A stretch of 64,000 nucleotides of DNA from Octopus vulgaris. Its lineage: Eukaryota. Positions 51,663 to 61,674 of the stretch are shown here, in pieces. Below the pieces are notes generated by a model. That model was not told the origin of the DNA, did not search any database, and saw only the letters and a program-made list of their open reading frames with translations. Numbering within the stretch: the first letter of the stretch is position 1; each line of letters begins with the position of its first letter. The position numbers and the translations under genes were made by a program. The stretch covers positions 70,680,001-70,744,000 of the forward strand of contig OX597833.1 of assembly GCA_951406725.2 (NCBI GenBank), in the 5' to 3' direction.

Positions 51663-52025
51663 GAAACCTGAAGACTAAAATAATACCTGTTGTCATAGGT
51701 GCCCTGGGAATGATAGCAAAGGGGTTGATTGCTACCTAGCTCAGATACCAGGAAACCCCAAAATGGCAGAAATTCAAAAGATAGGAACTATCATAGGAAC
51801 TGCTCATATCCTACGCAAAATACTTTCTATGTAATCTCAAGTTTTAAAACAAACATAATTTTCGTACGGTTTTTTAGACATTCACTAATACAACACTACG
51901 TACAAAACCAAATATATGGCACCTTAGGTATAACACCAACATGAACTTCCAACCTGTTGTCTCTTGAGGTCTCTGGGTGAGACTTGGAGCCAACTTGTGC
52001 AAATGTAAAGCAAAAGTCAAACAGA
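51663..52025 (+). mobile_element. R4/Dong-like LINE 3' fragment in (TAA)n
   Basis: NLKTKIIPVVIGALGMIAKG/QIPGNPKMAEIQKI/GTAHILRKILSM* (frameshifted) plus 3' UTR; (AAT)n flanks. Confidence 0.75.
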
Positions 52026-52034
52026 ATAAGGATG

Positions 52035-52065
<31 letters not shown>

Positions 52066-52327
52066 TAATAATAATCCTTTCTATTATAGGCACAAGGCCT
52101 GAAATTTGGGTGTGGAGGGGGTCTTGTTGATTACATCAACCCCAGCGTTTCACTGGTACTTAATTTATCGACGCCGAAAGGATGAAAAGCAAAGTCTACC
52201 TTTGTGGAATTTAGACTCAGAATGGAGCGGCAGACGAAATACTGCTAAGCATTTCGCTTGGCATGCTAACGATTCTGCCAGCTCATCACCTTTAACGATA
52301 ATAATAATAAGAAGAAGAAGAAGAAGA

Positions 52328-52628
52328 AACATAACAAAGAAGTATGTAGATCAAATTCCTGGCCGCCCCAAAATAAGTGGATTGCAAAAGATCATATTTA
52401 TGGGTACCTCAGATATTTTATGTAAACCTCTCTCTCCATCTAAATACAATCTTACCCATTCAGTGTTATAAATTTTATAAAGATTTTTGTTTCTAACACA
52501 CAGACATCAGTTCTTTGAAAGGTATGGCACCTTGCCTGTTAGCATCTTTAGATGTGGAAAATCTTCTCTCTTGATTTCTCTGGCTGAGACTTGGGTGCAG
52601 TTTGTATACATTAATGCAAAGCCAAAGC
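52328..52628 (+). mobile_element. R4/Dong-like LINE 3' fragment in (TAA)n
   Basis: KKYVDQIPGRPKISGLQKIIFMGTSDILCK; 3' UTR related to 51663-52025. Confidence 0.65.
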
Positions 52629-53239
52629 AATAATGATTATAATAATAATGATAACGATGATGATGATGATGGTTTCTGTCTGCCAAATTCTGTTGGTGAA
52701 GTATTAGTCAGTCTGATGCTTAATGGGTGGATAGTGGGACTTGAACCTGAGAGCTCATTATTGCAAAGCAAACTCAACCGTTCAGTCATACCTGCTCCAC
52801 TCCTCATGGATGTTGAGAAGGGTTGACAGCTACACCACCAAATCTATAGTTCCTATGCTCCAACCATGAAAACCTATTAATACTGTACTTGCTCATAACC
52901 ACATTTTTGTATGATATCTTTGCGACAAATTCTCTTAGGAGTCCAGTTTTCCTTTTTCTTCCACCTCCTCTTATTTTTTCTTATTTTCCCCTCCTCTTCC
53001 AGTACTATGCATGCAATAGAATGCAATAGAATATGTCTCATAGAATCTTTTATTTATAGCTTCTGAATGTTAGCTAGATTGCCAGCTAGAACACTGACCA
53101 TTCCTTAAATGATGGAACCAGTTTGGTTTAGTCATTATTCTATCAACTTTCAACTTTGCTGATATGGTCTGTTACACAATTAGATTAGTTTCTTCATTCC
53201 AAAGTTTGCATAGCTTTCACATATGTGTTTGTAACACAC

Positions 53240-53980
<741 letters not shown>

Positions 53981-54296
53981 ATACCATGTACATATGCACA
54001 GCTAAATGCAATTTGTTTTCTTGTTTTTCCTTAATTAAAACTGGTATAGATTTTTCTAGCTAATATTCTTGTTTAGCATTTCTGGTGTAGCACTTGTGTA
54101 TGAGGCAAGACGTCAGAGTTGACATTAGTAATGTCATTCCATTCATAATAAAACCCACAATCCAAGCAACCCCTATTAGATTTCACTTTTTCCGTGAGGC
54201 CATAAACTAGCAACAGTCAACCCTGGTGTCTGTCGTCTAGGTATGGCACATAACACTCTTTGCCTCACTCTAACCTACCTTAACCGTTTCAATACC

Positions 54297-54495
54297 TATT
54301 TCTTTATTACCCACAAGGGGCTAAACATAGGGGGGGCAAACAAAGACAGACATAGGTATTAAGTCGATTACATCGACCCCGAAAGGATGAAAGGCAAAGT
54401 CGACCTTGGCGGAATTTGAACTCACAACGTAACGACAGACGAAATACGGCTACGCATTTCGCCCGGCGTGCTTATGTTTCTGCCAGCTCGCCGCC
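54297..54495 (-). mobile_element. SINE family B with a perfect 16-bp TSD and an internal deletion, inserted at the end of a piggyBac-like MITE
   Basis: taaccgtttcaatacc at 54281-54296 and 54496-54511; MITE-like sequence continues to about 54890. Confidence 0.85.
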
Positions 54496-55302
54496 TAACC
54501 GTTTCAATACCAACCTGTCAGAATCCACTCTTGGTTTTATCAGACAAACTTTCTGTTTTAAAGTGACTGAAATTAGAACCCTCCACCAAGATTTCATGTT
54601 AATTTGTGTTCCAAACACTAGATTAATTACTGAATTATTTTACTTAAGTCTTGATTATTTTCAGAATTAATTGCAACACAGCTAGTGTATTTCTCTAAGA
54701 ATTTGGTAACAAAAGGCTTCGAAGAATCTAAATTAAAATCTTCCCTCGAGATTTCATGTTAAGTTTTGTTCCAAATATCAGTTGAATAACGACAAAATTA
54801 TTTTACAAAGTTCTTCGTTAGTTTTAAAACTAATTAAAATAACAACAGTATTTTCCAACAGAAATATGGCAACAAAATGGATAAAAGACAAATTCCGTTT
54901 ATACTTCTTGGACTGTGGAAGGTTAATGACATGGCTGGCATTCTGTTGGTCATGACTACCAGGGGTTCTGGTTGATCCAATCAGTGAAACAGCCAGCCTG
55001 TGGAATTAATGTGCAAGTGGCTGAGTACTCCACAGACACGCATATCCTTAATGTTAGTTCTCAGGGGGTTTCAGTGTGACAAGGCCGGCCTTTTTTGAAT
55101 TACTGGTACAACTCACTTTTGCCAGCTGAATGGAATGGAGCAATGTGGAATAAAGTGTCTTGCTCAAGGACATAACACATTGCCCAGAATTGAACTCACA
55201 ACTGAGTCAATTACTCTAACCAATAAACCACATGCCCTCACTAATGGCATGAGAGGCAGGCATCTAGTGTTCATAAAAAACCATCCTACCTCTTGCAAAA
55301 AT

Positions 55303-55796
55303 CATCATCATCATCATTGTTCAACCGTGGTTGAGACAATGGAATTTACCATGCTACGCCAGACTTCACGGTCCATCATGGCATTACGGAGGTCCTGTTG
55401 CTGGATGCCTGTATCCCTGGAGATTACATCAGGGTAGGAGAGTGTGCGCCCTCTGGTATTGCGAGTAGATGGCTTCCAGAGGAGAAGAGTAGAAATTGCC
55501 TCGTTTTCAGCTCTACAACAATGTCCAGGAAACTGGACTCTCCTACCTTTCACAAGAGATGACACAGGTGGTAGTTTCCCATATATTTGCATTTTGGTTG
55601 GATGGTGCTTCCACGAGAGATTTTGAGCTCTCATAAGGAGGCGAGTGTAGGTTCCATCCAACTGCCTCTCAAGATTCTTTGATAACGTCCAAGTTTCTGA
55701 GCCGTATCGTAGAATTGGTTCAACTGTGGCTTTGAAGATTTCAAGTTTGAAGTCTCTACTTAGATTTGATGACCAGATCTTATGCATGTCGTTACA
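55303..55796 (-). mobile_element. 5'-truncated RTE-clade LINE with an uninterrupted ORF end
   Basis: KLEIFKATVEPILRYGSETWTL...LDGTYTRLLMRAQNLSW...GHCCR...DREVWR; (GAT)n tail; TSD ttgcaaaaat at 55293-55302 and 55797-55806. Confidence 0.9.
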
Positions 55797-57265
55797 TTGC
55801 AAAAATGGTTCTGGATCAAAACATTGCTACAATATTACACTGAGATCTTGAGCAAGTAACTTTACTCTACATTATCGTTAGCCTGTGTAACAACTCAATT
55901 TGGTTTGGTTCGGTTCAACTGTTGGTGAAAATATTTATTGTAAAAATGCCAGCTTACTATTTTAATACAAGAGGAAAGATGGCATCAGCTTATTTATGAA
56001 ATGGGTCTATATTTTAAGCAAGAGATGAGAAAAAGCGAGAAAATGAGACTTCGACTGAAGACTTTTTAATATCAGTTTGCTGTTGGTTGTTGTTGTTAGG
56101 TTTGCAGTTTGAAATATATCACTGTAGTCGTTCTTGTTAAGGCCTCGCTTTGATGTGTTTCCCTTCTATAATTTCACTGACAACTGAATCAAAGTTAAAA
56201 GACATGCTATTGACAGCAAAATAGAATACAAACTTAATAAAATGTGATTTATCTTCCTCGGGGTTTCTGCCAGAAAAAGATTAATAATAATAATAATAAT
56301 AAATAATAATAATAATAATAATAATAATATTAATAATAGTAGATAAATCTCCAAAACGTGAGAGAACACGATTCCTGTCTACCGGAATTCTTTTGATCTG
56401 CTGGTTTGAAATTCTTCGCTTGGCAACTTAGTCTCAATCATATTTCTTTCTGTTCCAAGATATATGCACACATGTGTTAACATCTCCACCCATCGAAGGT
56501 CTTGTGGTGCTGGATACACCAGAACATGCCCGTGGTCATACGTACTATCACCGCTACTACCATTCTAAATTCCATCCAAAATGGATATCTAATTCCTCTT
56601 CTACTTCAAAGAATGAAGTCTTCAACTTAACATTACATTAACATCTATTGCTTGTTGTGAAATATTTTTTCTTAGTTGTTGTTGATAGGTGATAATTATG
56701 TGTATGTGTGTATATGTGTGTGTATACATGTATACACACACACATAAGCTTGCCACCTTAATAATGATAATATTAATAATAACAACAATAATAATAATAA
56801 TGGTTTCAGATTTTGGCACAAGGCCAGCAATTTTATGGTAGGGGATAAGTCAATTACACCAACCCCAGTACTCAACTGGTAATTAATTTATTGACCCCTG
56901 AAAGGATGAAAGGCAAAGTTGACTTCAGTGGAATTTGAACTCAGAATGTAGTGGCAGACGAAATACTGCTAAGCATTTTGCCCGCCAGATCACTGTAGTA
57001 GTAGTAGTAGTAGTAGTAGTGGCAGCGGTAGTACTAGTAGTAGTAGTGATGATGATGATAATAATAATAATGATAATAATAATAATGACAGCAATAATTG
57101 TTAATAACTACGGAATAAAATTCTGAAAAAAATTATCAATTATTTTGAGAATTTTTAAAATTCATATTCAGCCAAATAATATTTCAAGATTTCAAATTTT
57201 CTTTTATTTATTTTTTTTTTTTTTTTTGTTAATTACATGTATGGAATTAAAATGATTAATCTCAG

Positions 57266-57358
57266 ACGAGATTTCTCTGTTTTCATCCCAAGCTATGGTT
57301 TTTCCTCCTGCCCCACAGCCCCCGCCTCAGGCCTCACTCTCTTAACCACGGTACCATT
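57266..57358 (+). CDS. Candidate 93-nt phase-2/2 cassette exon (RDFSVFIPSYGFSSCPTAPASGLTLLTTVP)
   Basis: GC-richer island; weak ctcag acceptor with a poly-T tract about 35 nt upstream; TT|gtatgg donor; open in the SNRK frame. Confidence 0.25.
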
Positions 57359-57402
57359 GTATGGCTCCACTACACATATACATGTATATATGTGTGCTTG
57401 TA

Positions 57403-57436
<34 letters not shown>

Positions 57437-57437
<1 letters not shown>

Positions 57438-57664
57438 TTTATTTAAAGCAGCAGAAAATTCAACAAAACCTGTTACTCTGAGTTTCACGTTGCCGTTCAT
57501 CGGACAGTTTTTGCTAGAAAAAACTGTCCGATGAACGGCAACATGAAACTCAAAGTAACAGATTTTGTTGAATTTTCTGCTGCTTTAAATAAAGCATATT
57601 ACTCTACCCCTGGTATTTGAGTACCCTTTTTTCCACCTTGTTTCACATTTATGTGTTTACTCCA

Positions 57665-57665
<1 letters not shown>
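57437..57665. mobile_element. Penelope-like inverted pLTR: 76-bp inverted arms, each with a hammerhead motif, inserted in (TA)n
   Basis: Arms 57437-57512 and 57519-57594; unique tail to 57665; (TA)n on both sides. Confidence 0.7.
57470..57507 (-). ncRNA. Minimal type I hammerhead ribozyme motif (U4C core variant)
   Basis: CTGT CCGATGA ACG-GCAA-CGT GAAA CTC-A-GAG TA ACAG: stem I CTGT/ACAG, stem II with a GNRA loop, palindromic stem III, GUA cleavage triplet. Mirror copy on + at 57524-57561. Confidence 0.6.
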
Positions 57666-57706
<41 letters not shown>

Positions 57707-57709
<3 letters not shown>

Positions 57710-57937
57710 ACCTTATATAATTAGGGTTCAGTAAAATAATTTACTTTACCACACACCGAACTTTTAGAAATAGCAACCAAAAATTTTTTAAGGTTCGGTG
57801 TGTAAATTATTTTACTGAACCCTAATTTTATAACGTAATGTTTTAAATATACCGTAAATGGTCTTTTTACATACTGGGCACTACTTGGTAAAATTATTAA
57901 TTAATAATTAATTAATTTTACCCTTTTATTATTGACT
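57707..57937. repeat. Second fold-back element in (TA)n (arms about 57707-57770 / 57783-57838, plus tail)
   Basis: aattagggttcagtaaaataatttac..acaccgaac versus gttcggtgtgtaaattattttactgaaccctaatt. Confidence 0.8.
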
Positions 57938-57966
57938 ATATATATATATATATACATACACATATA

Positions 57967-58001
<35 letters not shown>

Positions 58002-58643
58002 GCATACACATATATGATTGTTGTAGTTCTGTTATTGTAATTTATTGATATTTGTTGTTGTTGTTGCTATTATTATTGTCATTCTTGTTGTTGTTATCCC
58101 AGCCACTATCATTATTATTATTATTATTATTGTCATACTGTTTGTTATTTTCCCATGCTGGTCGCTTTGACAAATGCAAAGGGAGTTTTTCTCCCCCTCC
58201 TGGGTCCCCGGCATCGTTGTCTTTGTGTTCTCATTATTGGTGGCTCTGTCACATCTCCCCCCCCTCCGTGCCATGTGACACCACCACCCACCATCCTATT
58301 TTTTTTCTGGTAATTTATCCTTGTAATGTCTCCTCCACCCATTAATTGCCCCTGTGGCAATAAAACAGCTCATTATTTATTGTCGTTAATGCTATCAGTT
58401 AATTGTTTCTGCTTTTTTTTAATTTTATTTCTGTTTGTTTGTTTTTTTTGTTTTTTTCTGTATTCATTGAATCGATATCTCGCTATTATTTTGCTTTATT
58501 TTGTATTTTATTTTCATTTTCATTTTATTTATTTCTTTATATATTTTTTTAATGTTTTGTTTTATTTTTTTATTTCTTCATTTATTCTTCTTAATTTTTA
58601 AGTTAATGCTTCGATTCTTTCACCTTACACCATTTTTTTGAAG

Positions 58644-59105
58644 CAAACCAATTCTGGCGAAGAAGACAAAAACGGCCCCCCTAGAGATAGGCAATGGCAA
58701 CAGCTTACCGCAAAACATGGGCGGACACTCACCCTCCGACGCCTCGGCCATTTACTTCAAGAGCCTTACTATAAGTATGACACTCGACCGCAAAACTAGC
58801 GGCAAGAAAAACTCAGTGGCTAGGGATCCGTATAGTAAGGGCTCAAAAGCTCCTCTGCCTCCGGAGACCATCCCCAATCCCGTGTTTTGTGACACTGGTG
58901 GTGCCCCCTCGTCGACCGAAAAGGCCAAGAAATCATTCAAATTGTCTAAGATAGCAATTTTGAGCTCACTTTTTGAGAAGAAGACCACTGAGAAGCCGAA
59001 AGTCTCTTTTGAGGACAAAGAGAAATCGAAGAAGCCGAAATTCCTGAAGAAGATTACTAGCGGGTATAAGATTTTGCATGTTTTAGCAAGCATCCCTGCC
59101 CGACC
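58644..59105 (+). CDS. SNRK: Probable SNRK C-terminal-region exon, 462 nt, phase 2 to 2, Lys/Ser-rich (or terminal exon ending at TGA 59107-59109)
   Basis: Coding-like GC-richer island after about 250 nt of T-rich intron; tttttttgaag acceptor. In frame with 37092 (CG+C=Arg): KPILAKKTKTAPLEIGNGNSLPQNMGGHSPS...HVLASIPAR, 153 stop-free codons, then CC|gtgagg. Confidence 0.65.
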
Positions 59106-59476
59106 GTGAGGGTTTTGGTTTTTTCTGAGTTGGAAGGAAACATGTAACTTAATAACATAGTTTTATTATTAATGTTTTTTTTGGTTGGTCTTTTGTTTGT
59201 TTTTTGTTTTGTAATAATTAGCTAAAAAAAAAAAGAAAAAAACTAATAACTATGTTTTCTAGTGTTGCTGTTGTTGTTGCTGCTGATGCTGATTGCTGTT
59301 GTGATTGGGGCTGGGGTTGAGTTTGGTTGGGTAACAGGCTCTGTGGGCCCAAAAACTTTGTATCATACAAGGCAGGCAAGCAGACAGACCGGCAGGCATT
59401 GCGTTGTGCCCTTAATCAAACCGTGCTCTATGCCTGGCACTTCATAGTTAATTAAGAGACCACTACTAATTATCAT

Positions 59477-59512
<36 letters not shown>

Positions 59513-61505
59513 GAAACCGTAGTCGCTACTTGTTAGTATGACTTGGTAATATGTACCCTGTATTTGCCAATTGTTTTAGGTGTTTATGGAGTTATGAGCA
59601 GACATAGACATTTTTGGGGCCCCTCTCAATCTTGGTCCCAGCAGAACATCAAGAATGTGACAACTGGAGGAAGAGAGAACTGCACCAACACCCAGGTAGT
59701 ACTCGTTTCCAGCTGAGTACACTGGGGCTGAATTGAAATCGTGTACTTCACATTACACTGGCAAATAGCAATCGTTAAGAAATAAGTAGAAAATATGAAA
59801 TGAAAATATTTCATTAATTTAAATTAATTATTAATGATGAGTGAAAAAAAAAAAGATTAGATTTGAAACAGAGACAGTTTGCATACACAGTCACTTTATA
59901 AGGACGGGATTCTGAGACTGGTCCTGTTCTGTAGCACCTTGGACAAGTGTTTACCACAATCTCAGGCTGAGCAGTGCTTTCAGAGCATTGGTATTTAATA
60001 GACAGACACTTTGTGTGTGTGTGGGAGAGAGAGAAACGAATGGAATATAGTGAGAAATCAGTTTGTCGTATAAAAACACCTTGTACTGTTTGCTCTGCTC
60101 TGTACGAATTAGGTTCTTTTGTGCTGAGGTGAACTTAGCCATTTGACAAAATAAGTGCTAGACTAAGTAGAGCTCAGTATATTTACATGTTCAGCCAAAA
60201 ACCTTTGAAGGTGGTACCACAATTGAAAGTTTAAGAGATTGAAGTTTTGCAAGAGTAAGCACATATATATATATATATAATCAGGCAATAATCTGATAGC
60301 TCTGCATTGAAAAGAATTGAAAATATATGGAAGAAAGTGAATGGGGTAGGGGGAACTTGCTGTGAGGGGTGGAATATGCAACATTTCGGATTCAATCATT
60401 CATCAAAGAGCAGAGAAAAGAAATCTTCATGAGGCTTTTGTAAATGTCTGTTTTAAGTTAAATTTTTTTTTCGTCTGCCCTGACAAAGGATTGAATCCAA
60501 AACATTGGATATTCTACTCTTCACAGCAAGTTCACTCTACCCCATTCACTTTTTGTGATCATTACCACTAGCGTGATCGTTACAACGAGCGTGATCGTTA
60601 CCAGCGTCGCCTTTACCGACACCTGTGCCGCTGGCATGTGTAAAAAGATTCGAGTGAGGTCATTGCCAGTACCACCTGACTGGCCCCCGTGCCGGAGGCA
60701 CGTAAAAAGCACCCACTACACTCTTGGAGTGGTTGGCATTAGGAAGGGCATCCAGCTGTAGAAACTCTGCCAGATCAAGATTGGAGCTTGGTGCAGCCAT
60801 CTGGTTCGCCAGCCCTCAGTCAAAACCGTCCAACCCATGCTAGCATGGAAAACGGACATTAGACGATGATGATGATGTATGTATGTATATGAGTGGAGTA
60901 TATTTAATCCATTATTACTGAAGAACTATGAAAGTTGTAAAACAAGTCTGCAGGCGTGTAAGATATAATTCTTAAGTTAATTGTAACAAATTAATTAATT
61001 ATACATACATATATGTATATGGTTGATGCTGTTTCTATATTTTTGGGTCCTAATCCTAGATTGGGCATAAATACCACAGATCAAAAGTCCCCTGCTTGCT
61101 GATGTCTTGGAAGATGATGATGTAGAGTTTGTGGCCCAAGTAGACTCTGCCTCTGTAGATAACAACTGCCCCTGTCTCCTCGTTATGGCTAATAACCATA
61201 GAAATTTATTAGAAATTTTTGCTTTTTATTTGTTTTGGATTGTGTTGACCAGTTTCCCTTTGGAATTTGTTGTGATTCTTAATAATAATAATAATAGTTA
61301 TATTGAGACTAATAGCATTTTGGTTGTTCATCAGAATCTTTGTAGATTCCACCTCGCCCACCACCATATATAGCATTATTAGACGTTGGTTTCATTTTCT
61401 TTTCTGTTTTCATTTTTTTTTTGTTTTTGTGCGTGTGTTAAAAAATCAGTTTCTGTTTGTTTGTGTGTTTGTTTTTCCTTTAATGTTAATACTTTCTTTT
61501 TTCAG

Positions 61506-61544
61506 AAATTATATTGATGGTATTTTGAAAAAAAAAATGTTGAG
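61506..61544 (+). CDS. Candidate 39-nt phase-2/2 microexon (NYIDGILKKKML)
   Basis: ttaatactttcttttttcag acceptor; moderate AG|gtgaaa donor; open in the SNRK frame. Confidence 0.35.
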
Positions 61545-61629
61545 GTGAAATTTGAGGTATTGTGACTGAAATTTGAACTGATTTGGAAACCGAAATAATG
61601 TGATCAATAAAAAACATCATTGTCACCAC

Positions 61630-61674
<45 letters not shown>

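Noticed and set aside
58752-59093. 113-aa minus-strand ORF
   Set aside because: Antisense shadow of the + strand exon.
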